Counted from the stretch's first letter, positions 10,553 through 21,505 are shown. The stretch is 32,000 nt of DNA from Methanococcus maripaludis (GCF_002945325.1 NZ_CP026606.1:270001-302000); one strand, 5' to 3'. Notes: a model not told the origin generated them from the letters alone. Numbers and translations: made by a program.

Positions 10553-11854
10553 TTATCCAATGTACACAAACCTTGCTGCAAAGATGATTGCAAGTAAATA
10601 TACGATTGGGTGTACTTCTTTTGAACGTCCTGCAATTATTTTAATTAATGGGTAGAAAATAAACCCTAATTGAAGTCCTGTTGCAATACTGTACGTTAAA
10701 GGAATTGTAATTAATGCAATAAATGCAGGAACTGATTCAGTAATGTCATCCAAATCGATTCTTTTTATTGCTGAAATCATTAAAGCCCCAACGATTATTA
10801 ATGCAGGAGCTGTGGCATATGCAGGGATTGCCGCAACAAATGGTGAGAAGAATATCGAAAGTAAAAATAACGCGGCAACTACAACCGATACAAATCCGGT
10901 TCTTCTACCAAGTCCAATACCTGAAGCAGATTCAACGTAGCTTGTAACTGTTGAAGTACCTAAAGCTGCACCAACCGCAGTTGCGACTGAATCGGACATT
11001 AATGCTTTTTCTGCTTTTGGAAGTTTTCCATCTTTCATGTATCCTGCCTGTGAACTCAGAGCACTCAGTGTTCCAAGTGTATCAAATAAATCCACAAAGA
11101 AGAACGCCAAAATTATGTTTATAAGACCAAAACTAAGAGCTCCCATAACATCCATCTGCATCAGTGTTGGTGCTAAGGATGGAGGCATTGCAACTAAACC
11201 TGCAGGAAGTGCTGAAACACCAAGGCCCATGCCAATTACTGCGGTTAAGATAATACCCCAGAGAATTGCGCCGGTTACTTTTCTAGCCATCATTGCAGCA
11301 GTTGCAAATAAACCAAAGAGTGCCAAAAATGTTGCAGGTGAAAGCACGTTTCCAAGACCTACCAAAGTAGCTTCGTTTGCAACGATAACTCCTGCAGATT
11401 TTAAGCCAATAAATGCGATAAATAACCCGATACCAACAGCAGTACCGTATTTCAAAGCATCAGGTATCGCGTCAAATATCCAGGTTCTAATTTTAGTTAA
11501 TGTTAACAAAATGAATAAAATACCAGAAATAAAAACAGCACCAAGAGCAGTCTGCCAGCTTAGGCCCATGCCCATGACCACACCAAATGTAAAGAATGCG
11601 TTTAAACCCATTCCCGGTGCAAGTGCAAACGGATATTTAGCATAAACGCCCATTATAAAAGTACCAAGTGCAGCGGATATACATGTTGCAACCATTACTG
11701 CCCCAAAATCCATTCCCGCCAGACTTAAAATCGACGGATTTACAAATATGATATACGCCATGGTCATAAAAGTCGTAACTCCTGCCATGGTCTCTACTTT
11801 GAAGTTTGTTTTATGTTCTTCAAACCCAAAGTACCTAGCCAAAAAATTTGCCAT
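10553..11854 (-). CDS. NCS2 family purine permease (AzgA/GhxP-like hypoxanthine/guanine/adenine transporter)
   Basis: MANFLARYFGFEEHKTNFKVETMAGVTTFMTMAYIIFVNPSILS is the AzgA family N-terminus; GGTGAAC SD directly before ATG 11854, so the tracked 43-residue extension to 11983 is unlikely. Confidence 0.88.
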   Translation of the reverse strand: MANFLARYFGFEEHKTNFKVETMAGVTTFMTMAYIIFVNPSILSLAGMDFGAVMVATCISAALGTFIMGVYAKYPFALAPGMGLNAFFTFGVVMGMGLSWQTALGAVFISGILFILLTLTKIRTWIFDAIPDALKYGTAVGIGLFIAFIGLKSAGVIVANEATLVGLGNVLSPATFLALFGLFATAAMMARKVTGAILWGIILTAVIGMGLGVSALPAGLVAMPPSLAPTLMQMDVMGALSFGLINIILAFFFVDLFDTLGTLSALSSQAGYMKDGKLPKAEKALMSDSVATAVGAALGTSTVTSYVESASGIGLGRRTGFVSVVVAALFLLSIFFSPFVAAIPAYATAPALIIVGALMISAIKRIDLDDITESVPAFIALITIPLTYSIATGLQLGFIFYPLIKIIAGRSKEVHPIVYLLAIIFAARFVYIG

Positions 11855-11948
11855 AAGTTCACCCCAGTTAATTAATATATAATATAAGCAACTATTATGA
11901 ATATAAAGATTACATTTCATCATAAAATTTAGAAATTTAGTGATACTG

Positions 11949-13562
11949 ATGTTTAAAAGAGAAGAAATCATTGAAATGGCCAATAAGGACTTTGAAAAAG
12001 CATGGATCGAAACTAAAGACCTTATAAAAGCTAAAAAGATAAACGAAAGTTACCCGAGAATAAAACCAGTTTTTGGAAAAACACACCCTGTAAATGACAC
12101 TATTGAAAATTTAAGACAAGCATATCTTAGAATGGGTTTTGAAGAATATATAAATCCCGTAATCGTCGATGAAAGAGATATTTATAAACAGTTTGGCCCG
12201 GAAGCTATGGCAGTGTTAGATAGATGCTTTTATTTGGCAGGACTTCCAAGACCAGACGTTGGTTTGAGCGATGAAAAAATTTCACAGATTGAAAAACTTG
12301 GAATTAAAGTTTCTGAACACAAAGAAAGTTTGCAGAAAATACTTCACGGATACAAAAAAGGAACACTTGATGGTGACGACTTAGTTTTAGAAATTTCAAA
12401 TGCACTTGAAATTTCAAGCGAGATGGGTTTAAAAATTTTAGAAGAAGTTTTCCCAGAATTTAAGGATTTAACCGCAGTTTCTTCAAAATTAACTTTAAGA
12501 AGCCATATGACTTCAGGCTGGTTCCTTACTGTTTCAGACTTAATGAACAAAAAGCCACTCCCATTTAAACTCTTTTCAATCGATAGATGTTTTAGAAGAG
12601 AACAGAAAGAAGATAAAAGCCACTTAATGACATACCACTCTGCATCCTGTGCAATTGCAGGTGAAGGCGTGGATATTAATGACGGAAAAGCAATTGCAGA
12701 AGGATTATTATCGCAATTTGGCTTTACGAACTTTAAATTCATTCCTGATGAAAAGAAAAGTAAATATTACACACCTGAAACACAGACAGAAGTTTACGCA
12801 TACCACCCAAAATTAAAAGAATGGCTCGAAGTTGCTACATTTGGAGTATATTCGCCAGTTGCATTAAGTAAATACGGAATAGATGTACCAGTCATGAATT
12901 TAGGACTTGGTGTTGAAAGACTTGCAATGATTTCTGGAAATTTCGCAGATGTTCGAGAAATGGTATATCCTCAGTTTTACGAACACAAACTTAATGACAG
13001 GGATGTCGCTTCAATGGTAAAACTTGATAAAGTTCCAGTAATGGATGAAATTTACGATTTAACAAAAGAATTAATTGATTCATGCGTTAAAAACAAAGAT
13101 TTAAAATCCCCTTGTGAATTAACCATTGAAAAAACATTTTCATTTGGAAAAACCAAGAAAAATGTAAAAATAAATATTTTCGAAAAAGAAGAATGTAAAA
13201 ACTTACTTGGACCTTCAATTTTAAACGAAATCTACGTTTACGATGGAAATGTAATTGGAATTCCTGAAAGCTTTGATGGAGTAAAAGAGGAATTTAAAGA
13301 CTTCTTAGAAAAAGGAAAAGCAGAAGGGGTAGCAACAGGCATTCGATATATCGATGCACTTTGCTTTAAAATTACTTCAAAATTAGAAGAAGCATTTGTG
13401 TCAAACACGTCTGAATTCAAAGTTAAAGTTCCAATTGTCAGAAGTTTAAGCGACATTAACTTAAAAATCGATGATATCGCGTTAAAACAGATAATGAGCA
13501 AAAATAAAGTAATCGACGTTAGAGGCCCAGTCTTTTTAAATGTCGAAGTAAAAATTGAATAA
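11949..13562 (+). CDS. sepS: O-phosphoserine--tRNA(Cys) ligase (SepRS)
   Basis: MFKREEIIEMANKDFEKAWIETKDLI...class II motif 2 region FSIDRCFRREQKED and motif 3 region NLGLGVERLAMI; matches SepRS as I recall it. ATG 11949 is preferred to the tracked GTG at 11940. Confidence 0.95.
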   Translation: MFKREEIIEMANKDFEKAWIETKDLIKAKKINESYPRIKPVFGKTHPVNDTIENLRQAYLRMGFEEYINPVIVDERDIYKQFGPEAMAVLDRCFYLAGLPRPDVGLSDEKISQIEKLGIKVSEHKESLQKILHGYKKGTLDGDDLVLEISNALEISSEMGLKILEEVFPEFKDLTAVSSKLTLRSHMTSGWFLTVSDLMNKKPLPFKLFSIDRCFRREQKEDKSHLMTYHSASCAIAGEGVDINDGKAIAEGLLSQFGFTNFKFIPDEKKSKYYTPETQTEVYAYHPKLKEWLEVATFGVYSPVALSKYGIDVPVMNLGLGVERLAMISGNFADVREMVYPQFYEHKLNDRDVASMVKLDKVPVMDEIYDLTKELIDSCVKNKDLKSPCELTIEKTFSFGKTKKNVKINIFEKEECKNLLGPSILNEIYVYDGNVIGIPESFDGVKEEFKDFLEKGKAEGVATGIRYIDALCFKITSKLEEAFVSNTSEFKVKVPIVRSLSDINLKIDDIALKQIMSKNKVIDVRGPVFLNVEVKIE

Positions 13563-13641
13563 TTAATTTTTTTTATTTTTTTTAAATTTTATTTAAAAAC
13601 TAATTTTAAAAATTAAAAAAGAAATTTAATATATTTTAAAA

Positions 13642-14769
13642 TTATTTGATTTCAAAAGTATTTGAATCAATTTTTCCAAATCCTCCGTAATCACTTTTCA
13701 TTTGGTTGTAAACTCCTTCCCCAACTAAAAAGCTATATATATCGTCTGCGTTCTCTTCGGGATTTACATCATTGAACTGATCAGGATATATCGTTTTTCC
13801 AATATAATAAGAATCTGCAAGCAGTGTTCCAATATTTATCGTATAAGATGTAATTGGTAAAACTGCATGGGTATTTCCACCATTAAATGCAGTAAATGAG
13901 TTAAAAAGCTCGGGATTTTTCCCATACTCTTCTTTTATTCCATTAAAACTTCCTTCATCTATAAAAATATAGTCCGGATTCCATGAAATCAGCCTTTCTT
14001 TATCCACAAACGTTTGTTGTGGATCATTTCCAAGTTCGAGCTCGTTTACAACGTTTTTAGCACCCAGTGCTTCGAAAGGTAAAAATTTATACTGTGTCGA
14101 GGTAATCCCCTGAGAGCCGGACTTTGCAATTCCGCCAAGATACACAGTTGGTTTTTCATTTTCGGTGATATTTTTAGTCTTTTGATTTAAATCTTCAAAA
14201 TTTTGCTTCATAAATTCAATTACGTCATCTGCCCTATTCTCCTTTCCAATGATATCCCCTGCAAGTGTTAATGACCCATATACTGAATTTATTTCAAAAG
14301 AAGCTCTAGAAGCGCCACCGTAGCTTAAAACCACCACTGGAACTCCAGTTTGTAACTGTAACTCATCTGCAGTCTGTTTATCCACGTATGTAATAAATAG
14401 TACATCAGGATTAACTGCAATAATTGCTTCAGGATTTGGCTTTGGATCACTGCCTCCTTGTCCTATTATGGGTAAACTTGAATATATTTTCGTATTTGCA
14501 AGACTATACGGCCTTCCCGTTGGTTTTGTTTCTGAATTTTCTACACCTGATATCATATCTACTGCATCTAGATACGTCAGAAGCCTTAATGAACCCGAAC
14601 CAACACATACAATGCTATTAACTTCTTTTGGAACATCCACTTCACGTCCAATAGTATCAACAATATTTACAGTCGTAATTTCGTCATCCACTGGAGTATT
14701 GTCACCAATACAGCCCGCAAATGAGGAAATTATGAGAATTGCCATTATTGTCAACATTATTTTTTTCAT
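13642..14769 (-). CDS. ABC transporter substrate-binding lipoprotein (iron-siderophore/cobalamin type)
   Basis: Lipobox SSFAGC; TVNIVDTIGREVDVPKEVNSIVCVG and NPEAIIAVNPDVLF typical of periplasmic binding domains; MKK start at 14769. Confidence 0.85.
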   Translation of the reverse strand: MKKIMLTIMAILIISSFAGCIGDNTPVDDEITTVNIVDTIGREVDVPKEVNSIVCVGSGSLRLLTYLDAVDMISGVENSETKPTGRPYSLANTKIYSSLPIIGQGGSDPKPNPEAIIAVNPDVLFITYVDKQTADELQLQTGVPVVVLSYGGASRASFEINSVYGSLTLAGDIIGKENRADDVIEFMKQNFEDLNQKTKNITENEKPTVYLGGIAKSGSQGITSTQYKFLPFEALGAKNVVNELELGNDPQQTFVDKERLISWNPDYIFIDEGSFNGIKEEYGKNPELFNSFTAFNGGNTHAVLPITSYTINIGTLLADSYYIGKTIYPDQFNDVNPEENADDIYSFLVGEGVYNQMKSDYGGFGKIDSNTFEIK

Positions 14770-14933
14770 ATTGCACCCCATATCTAACTTATTAATAAAT
14801 TAACAAAAATATGGTTAATATTTAATAATATATATGTATATAGTATTACAGAAGATAAATTAGAGGTATCATTAACGTAATAGTGAATTTTAGAAAAAAA
14901 TAAGTAAATAATTTTTAAAAAAGGAATTTATTT

Positions 14934-15677
<744 letters not shown>

Positions 15678-16496
15678 TTAGATTTTTATCTCTTTTAATG
15701 CTTCTTCTACTTCAACATCTTCGTGAACGATTTTGCAGATTGCACTTGTAATTCCTTTGACATCTTTGTGCTGGAATACGTTTCTTCCAGAAGCTACTCC
15801 TTTTCCGCCTGCATGCATTGCATCTTTTACCATTTGTAAGAATTCTTCGTCAGTGTTTGTTTTTGGACCGCCTGCAATAACAATTGGTGCAGGGCATCCT
15901 TTAACAACTTCTTTGAAGGTGTCAGGGTCTCCAGTGTAATTTGTTTTGATAATATCAGCACCAAGTTCAGCACCAAGTCTTGCAGCGTGTGCGACAACTT
16001 CAGGGTCTTTTTCGTCTTTAATTTTTGGGCCTCTTGGGTACATCATTGCAATAAGAGGCATTCCCCAGTGTTCACAGGTTTCTGAAATTAAACCTAAATC
16101 CCTGTACATTTCAAAGTCTGATTCTGCACCAACATTTACGTGTAAAGATACTGCATCGGCACCCATTCTCATTGCATCTTCAACTGTTGTTACAATTACC
16201 TTTTTGTTTGGATCAGGTGAAATTGAAGTTCCTGCAGACATGTGTATTATTAATCCGATGTCTCTTCCGTATCCCCTGTGTCCGTGCCTTACAAGTCCTT
16301 TGTGGCCTAAAACTGCGTTTGCACCACCGTCAGCAACTGCATTTGTCGTAATCCGCATATCCTTTATACCGTCAAGTGGCCCCGATGAAACACCGTGGTC
16401 CATAGGGATTATTACTGTTTTTTCGCTTCTTTTATCGAATATTCTTTCTAATCTGATAAGTTTTCCTACATTTTTGATATTGTCGAACATTTCCAT
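15678..16496 (-). CDS. aroA': 2-amino-3,7-dideoxy-D-threo-hept-6-ulosonate (ADTH) synthase, FBP-aldolase-like class I family
   Basis: [20 protein letters not shown]...[19 protein letters not shown]...[17 protein letters not shown]...MMYPRGP...KTNYTGD closely resembles recalled MJ0400-type sequences; GGTGAT SD at 16502-16507. Confidence 0.88.
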   Translation of the reverse strand: MEMFDNIKNVGKLIRLERIFDKRSEKTVIIPMDHGVSSGPLDGIKDMRITTNAVADGGANAVLGHKGLVRHGHRGYGRDIGLIIHMSAGTSISPDPNKKVIVTTVEDAMRMGADAVSLHVNVGAESDFEMYRDLGLISETCEHWGMPLIAMMYPRGPKIKDEKDPEVVAHAARLGAELGADIIKTNYTGDPDTFKEVVKGCPAPIVIAGGPKTNTDEEFLQMVKDAMHAGGKGVASGRNVFQHKDVKGITSAICKIVHEDVEVEEALKEIKI

Positions 16497-16534
16497 AATC
16501 AATCACCTTAAAAATTGTATAGTGTCTTCTTTAG

Positions 16535-16548
16535 ATTTATAGTATATA
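16535..16548 (-). promoter_or_regulatory. Possible proximal TATA box of aroA' (CTATATACTATAAATC)
   Basis: A/T-rich TATA-like element about 40-50 nt upstream of ATG 16496. Confidence 0.4.
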
Positions 16549-16651
16549 GTGTGGAGAATATACTCTTATCATTAAATTCCTTAAAACCTGCAAAATTCTG
16601 CAATCGAACAATTTACGAATACAGTTTACTTAAACAAACAATTCTCAGCAG

Positions 16652-16762
16652 TTAATAATACCACTGGTATGAAAAAAACAATCTAAACCCTAATGCGCCA
16701 CATAATTTATTTACGATACAATTCAAATTCCTGATGCTACTCTGCGTATGCGTCATTTTCAT
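16652..16762 (-). other. Candidate small ORF/leader peptide MKMTHTQSSIRNLNCIVNKLCGALGFRLFFSYQWYY* or part of a leader/ncRNA upstream of aroA'
   Basis: Hand translation; GAGG-like SD upstream; TATA-like ATATATATA at 16835-16844 upstream. Seven aromatics in the last 11 residues. Codon usage is not typical (ACG, AGG, CAG), so coding status is uncertain. Confidence 0.25.
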
Positions 16763-16895
16763 CCCTCTTTTTCATTTGTATTTATTCCTTATTTTTGATT
16801 TTTTATTTCACAGAAATTCATCTAGTTATATTGATATATATATTTTCCGATTTTGATTATTCAAAAATAAAACCGTAGTTTGAACAGTGTTTAAT

Positions 16896-17537
16896 TTATA
16901 CTATTCGATAAATATCTACTGGAACATTTACAGCCTTTTTCTTATGGAATTCATAAATTGCAGGTATCCTAAAGTCTGCCTGGAATATATTCGTAATTTC
17001 TCGACCTTTTTCTTTAACATAATTTATTAAAAAATCCCTTGTCGCAGTATTGTGTATTGTATAAATCACGTCACCGATTTCAAACGCTTTGTCCAAAAAA
17101 ATTCTATCAGCATACTTTTTTTGAGATCCAAACGGCGGATTTTGAATAACAACCTTTTTTAAACCATTAAAATCGGAAAAATTATCTTCAAAATATTTTT
17201 TATCGATATTTTTAACATCGGAATTTAAAAAATCGACTTTTAAATCTGAATTTGAATCTACATTTAAATTTTTCAAATTTTCTTTTGCAGTATCAATTGT
17301 TTCTTCATCAATATCGATTCCAACTGCATGTTCTGCACCAAGAACTTTAGCACCAATTATAAGTCGGCCGCTGCCGCATCCTAGGTCAATTACAAAACTG
17401 CCATCAATATCTTCCTTAGCAAACAGCAAAAACTCGCTTGCAAGGTTTCCTTCGATAGAATATTGTTCGAGATGCGCTTTTGGTTTTGGATGCGGTTTTA
17501 AATTGTCAAGTAAAATTTCAAGATGTCTTTTTTTCAT
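16896..17537 (-). CDS. METTL5-like SAM-dependent N6-adenine methyltransferase (NPPFG motif)
   Basis: MKKRHLEILLDNLKPHPKPKAHLEQYSIEGNLASEFLL...VIDLGCGSGRLIIGA...VVIQNPPFGSQ. Confidence 0.85.
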   Translation of the reverse strand: MKKRHLEILLDNLKPHPKPKAHLEQYSIEGNLASEFLLFAKEDIDGSFVIDLGCGSGRLIIGAKVLGAEHAVGIDIDEETIDTAKENLKNLNVDSNSDLKVDFLNSDVKNIDKKYFEDNFSDFNGLKKVVIQNPPFGSQKKYADRIFLDKAFEIGDVIYTIHNTATRDFLINYVKEKGREITNIFQADFRIPAIYEFHKKKAVNVPVDIYRIV

Positions 17538-17655
17538 TAAAATCCCAAAAATTATTGTTAAGAACTGATTAAAACTACAACTATAAAAAAGCATTATTAA
17601 AAATTTTAAAATAGATAAATAAAAAAATTAAGTATTTTTATTGATTTTAAATCAG

Positions 17656-18120
17656 TTATTCTATGTCAATTCCGGTTCTCTTAGCTTTTTCTGATTTTGG
17701 AAGCGTTACAATCAACATTCCGTTTTCAAATTTAGCTGAAGAATTTCCTTCCTTAACAGGAGCTGGTAATTTTATAGTTTTGTAAACTTCTTCATCTTCA
17801 GGAACTTCAGAATAAATTATCTTTTCTGATTCCATTATAGCCATTGGGGCCCTTTTAGCCCTTAATTCAAGAGTTTCCCCAATTGCATTTATTACAATGT
17901 CGTCTTTATTTATTCCTGGAACTAATGCAATTACTTTAATCGTTTCATCGCCTTCGATTAGCGTTATAGGCATGAAACCTTTACCACTAATTTCTAAACC
18001 CATTGAGTTCATTTGAAACATTGATTTTCCCATTGAGCCCCCAAGGCCCTCCATAGGAACTCCCATACCAAAAACTTTGAATATTTCTGAAAAGGGATCT
18101 TTTGGATCTCTACCAAACAT
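17656..18120 (-). CDS. Hsp20/alpha-crystallin family small heat shock protein
   Basis: [26 protein letters not shown]...[26 protein letters not shown] alpha-crystallin domain pattern. Confidence 0.9.
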   Translation of the reverse strand: MFGRDPKDPFSEIFKVFGMGVPMEGLGGSMGKSMFQMNSMGLEISGKGFMPITLIEGDETIKVIALVPGINKDDIVINAIGETLELRAKRAPMAIMESEKIIYSEVPEDEEVYKTIKLPAPVKEGNSSAKFENGMLIVTLPKSEKAKRTGIDIE

Positions 18121-18283
18121 GTTTTATCACCCATTTCTCGATTTCTGAATATTACTTACTTTGAAGTTCTATATAAACGTTATGGTTATATGCCTGTAAA
18201 TACACTAATTAAATATAATATATTTAAAATAAAACAGTATAACAGTTTTAACAACAATTCCCAATACCGAAAGGTGGAAAATA

Positions 18284-19435
18284 ATGTTTGGAAGTCTAAA
18301 GGAAAAATTAAATAATACCATTTCAAAATTAAGTGATAAAATTTACACGAAAGGAGAAGCTAAAGCTGTAGAAGAATCCAACTTAAAAGAAACTCCCGAA
18401 ATAATTGGTGAAGAAAATAAAACCAATTTAGAAAAACCAGAAAAAGATTTAAAAGAAATAAACACTGAATCTTTTGAAAAAAAGGAAAAAATTGGATTTT
18501 TAGACAAATTAGCCGTTACAAAAAGCATTAAAAAAGTTCTTGGAAAAGATGTGATATTAACAGAAGACGATATTGAAGACGTGCTTGAAGAAATGGAAAT
18601 GGAACTTTTTGAAGCAGATGTTGCATTTGATGTCGTTGAAAAAATCATTGAATCATTGAAAAATCAGCTTGTAGGGCTTAAAATATCTGCAAAAGACGAT
18701 CCAGAAGAAATAACCATAAATGCACTTAAAAAATCGATAAAAGAAATATTGTCACAAGAAAAAATTGATGTCTTTAACCTTATCGATGAAAAAAAGGCTA
18801 ATGAGGAACCTGCAGTATTATTATTTGTTGGAATAAATGGGACTGGAAAAACGACCTCAATATCTAAACTGGCCTACATTTTAAAAGAAAAGGGTTATTC
18901 TGCAGTAATGGCTGCAGGAGACACATTTAGAGCCGGCGCAATAGAACAGCTTGAAGAACACGGTAAAAATACGGGAATAAAAGTTATAAAGCACCAGAAA
19001 GGGGCAGACAGTGCTGCGGTAATTTATGATGCAATAAGCCACGCAAAAGCAAAAGGATTAAACGTAGTCCTTGCAGATACTGCGGGAAGACAGACTACAA
19101 ACATTAACTTAATGGATGAAATCAAAAAAGTAGTCCGAGTTACAAAACCAGATTTAATCATTTTTGTTGGAGATTCACTTGCTGGAAACGATGCAATATC
19201 CCAGGCAGAAGAATTTAACAATGCAATCAATATCAATGGTGCAATACTTACAAAAACAGATGCTGACGCAAAAGGGGGCGCTGCACTCTCAATTGCTTAT
19301 TCGATTGGAAAACCAATTTTATTCATGGGTGTCGGTCAAAGGTATTCTGACCTTCAAGAATTTGATGTTGATTGGATGATAAAAAAGCTCTTTTCAGAGG
19401 AGAGTACTAAATTATCGTCTGAAAGGCAATTTTAA
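18284..19435 (+). CDS. ftsY: Signal recognition particle receptor FtsY
   Basis: [44 protein letters not shown]...DTAGRQ...[17 protein letters not shown] GTPase motifs; GGTGG SD. Confidence 0.97.
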   Translation: MFGSLKEKLNNTISKLSDKIYTKGEAKAVEESNLKETPEIIGEENKTNLEKPEKDLKEINTESFEKKEKIGFLDKLAVTKSIKKVLGKDVILTEDDIEDVLEEMEMELFEADVAFDVVEKIIESLKNQLVGLKISAKDDPEEITINALKKSIKEILSQEKIDVFNLIDEKKANEEPAVLLFVGINGTGKTTSISKLAYILKEKGYSAVMAAGDTFRAGAIEQLEEHGKNTGIKVIKHQKGADSAAVIYDAISHAKAKGLNVVLADTAGRQTTNINLMDEIKKVVRVTKPDLIIFVGDSLAGNDAISQAEEFNNAININGAILTKTDADAKGGAALSIAYSIGKPILFMGVGQRYSDLQEFDVDWMIKKLFSEESTKLSSERQF

Positions 19436-19534
19436 TCCATAATTTTATCATTATAGGGATTATCGCCCAAATTAATTGGTAAATTATATAAATATTAAAA
19501 ACCTAACTTTTTTAACTAATTTACCGGTGGTATC

Positions 19535-20101
19535 GTGAATAATAAATTACCTTATTTGATAACTGCCTTTGGTATATCAATTAATGTTTTGGGCGGCTTC
19601 ATTGCCACATCTTATGATTTACCAATATTTCTAAACAATTTGGGCACTATATTATGTGGATTACTACTGGGACCTGCAGGCGGGGCACTAACGGGCCTTT
19701 TCTCAAATTTAATTATTGGTTCTACGGTTAATTCTGTTTATATTCCGTTTACAATTGTAAATGTTGTTGTTGGTTTTGTCGCAGGTTACGCTGCAATTAA
19801 GCATGATCGAGAATTTACTTCGATGATATTACATGCTTTTTTGATATCAATTATAGCACTGTGTTTAGTAATACCAATAGAAATGTTTATTTTTGGAGGT
19901 CCGCTTGATCAGACCATTCTTTCATATGCAACGACTATCAATCTAAATACTGGATTAAATATCTCTGCAGCAATATACTTTGCAGAATTTCCGTTAATGA
20001 TCGCAGACATTGTTTTATCCGCAATTTGGGCTTATGTAGTTTTAATGCTACTTCCTAAAAAAGTGCTGGATATATTAAAAATTAACAATGAAAATATCTA
20101 A
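19535..20101 (+). CDS. ECF transporter S component-like membrane protein
   Basis: FGISINVLGGFIATSYDLPIFLNNLGTILCGLLLGPAGGALTGLFSNLIIG is typical of ECF S components. Confidence 0.75.
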   Translation: MNNKLPYLITAFGISINVLGGFIATSYDLPIFLNNLGTILCGLLLGPAGGALTGLFSNLIIGSTVNSVYIPFTIVNVVVGFVAGYAAIKHDREFTSMILHAFLISIIALCLVIPIEMFIFGGPLDQTILSYATTINLNTGLNISAAIYFAEFPLMIADIVLSAIWAYVVLMLLPKKVLDILKINNENI

Positions 20102-20198
20102 TTTTTTTAATTTTTAAATAATTCATTTATATATTCCTAAATTCTAAAAAAATAAATCATTTTAATATTCTTCTTTTTTGAGATATTTTATATAATAT

Positions 20199-20222
20199 TT
20201 TATCCATATTTATTTGGATAAA
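20199..20222. promoter_or_regulatory. Inverted repeat TTTATCCA-N8-TGGATAAA at the uraA-upp promoter
   Basis: Perfect 8-bp arms just downstream of TATA-like TTTTATATAAT. Confidence 0.45.
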
Positions 20223-20263
20223 CACGTTTTTAATTGTTAATACTTTTTTGGAGGATACAAAAA

Positions 20264-21505
20264 ATGAAAAGAATAGCACTAGGTTTTCAACACGTACTTG
20301 CAATGTTTGGTGCAACAGTAACAGTTCCCCTTGTTGTAGGTTATGCAATCGGACTTTCGATGTCTGAAATCGCATTATTACTCCAGGCGGTACTTCTTGC
20401 AATGGGGGTTGCAACACTGCTTCAAACGTTTGCAGGTTCAAGATTTCCAATTGTACAAGGTTCAAGTTTTGCATTTATACCAGGATTAATTGCAGTTGGC
20501 TCTGGAATGGGTCTTGCTGCAGTTGAAGGTGCTTTGATTATAGGCGGTGTTATCGAAGCTGCCACAGGTGCATTAGGACTTATTGGAAAATTAAAAAAGC
20601 TTTTTTCACCAATTGTTACTGGTGTTACAATCATGCTTATTGGTTTTAGTCTTGCAGATGTTGCTGTTCAATATTCGTTTAATTACTTTGCAGACCCTGC
20701 AGGAAGTTCGATAGTAACTTCAATACTTGTTGCTGCACTCACATTTATCACAACAATACTCGTATCGTTACAGGGAAAGGGAACATTAAAAGCAATGCCT
20801 GTTATAATCGGGGCTGTTGTCGGGTATGTTATAAGCATGTTTTTAGGTCTTGTGGATTTTTCAATGATGAACCAGCTTTCATGGTTTGCACTGCCAAAAC
20901 TTATGCCTTGGGGAATGCCTGTTTTTGATGTTAATGCAATTATAATATTATTGTTTGCATTTATGGTCAGTATTATCGAGAGTGTCGGAGATTACCACGC
21001 AATTTCAACGATTGCAGATTTAAAAATCGATGATAACAAGATAAATAGAGGTATCGCTTCAGAAGGATTTTCCTGTACCCTTGCAGGGCTTTTTGGTGCA
21101 TGCGGTACAACAAGTTATTCAGAAAATATAGGTCTTGTTGCTTTAACAAAAGTATCAAGCGTTCAGGTAGTTCAAATTGGTGCTGTAATATTGGTTCTTC
21201 TGTCAATGATTCCTAAATTCTCAGGTCTTTTGGCATCCATTCCTGCACCGGTCTTGGGAGGACTTACAACCGCACTCTATGGTATGATCAGCATTACAGG
21301 TCTTAAATTAATAAAAGATAAAGTTGAATTAAATGATAGAAACACGCTCATATTAGCAAGTGCACTCGTACTTGGTCTTGGTGCACCGCAACTTCCTGCA
21401 GAATTTTTAAGCCTGTTTCCAAAAATCATTTCAAGCATTTTAGAATCAGGAATGGCAGTTGGTGCAATAACCGCAATATTAATGGACCAGTTGTTAAAAA
21501 AATAA
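20264..21505 (+). CDS. uraA: Uracil/xanthine permease (NCS2 family)
   Basis: MKRIALGFQHVLAMFGATVTVPLVVGYAIGLSM; GGAGG SD; adjacent to upp. Tracked start at 20234 precedes the SD. Confidence 0.9.
   Translation: MKRIALGFQHVLAMFGATVTVPLVVGYAIGLSMSEIALLLQAVLLAMGVATLLQTFAGSRFPIVQGSSFAFIPGLIAVGSGMGLAAVEGALIIGGVIEAATGALGLIGKLKKLFSPIVTGVTIMLIGFSLADVAVQYSFNYFADPAGSSIVTSILVAALTFITTILVSLQGKGTLKAMPVIIGAVVGYVISMFLGLVDFSMMNQLSWFALPKLMPWGMPVFDVNAIIILLFAFMVSIIESVGDYHAISTIADLKIDDNKINRGIASEGFSCTLAGLFGACGTTSYSENIGLVALTKVSSVQVVQIGAVILVLLSMIPKFSGLLASIPAPVLGGLTTALYGMISITGLKLIKDKVELNDRNTLILASALVLGLGAPQLPAEFLSLFPKIISSILESGMAVGAITAILMDQLLKK

Noticed and set aside
10473-10655. 60-aa ORF after the polyferredoxin
   Set aside because: Overlaps polyferredoxin and the permease 3' end; AT-rich region with no clear SD or similarity.
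11037-11645. 202-aa plus-strand ORF
   Set aside because: Antisense to the NCS2 permease; mirrored TM codons explain its composition.
11855-11983. N-terminal extension of the NCS2 permease in the track
   Set aside because: A perfect GGTGA SD precedes the family-consistent MANFLARYF start at 11854, and the extension would cross the sepS start.
12344-12742. 132-aa minus ORF inside sepS
   Set aside because: Shadow ORF of a strongly conserved gene.
15946-16542. 198-aa plus-strand ORF
   Set aside because: Fully antisense to the highly conserved aroA'; Ser/Pro/Ile-rich composition and no recognisable family.
16652-16770. C/D-box-like sRNA in the aroA' leader
   Set aside because: A GGATGAAA box is only a near match to the C box (RUGAUGA) and no clearly placed D/C'/D' set is visible.
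20157-20474. 105-aa minus ORF over the uraA promoter and N-terminus
   Set aside because: Overlaps the promoter and the conserved uraA start; Leu/Gln-rich artefact.
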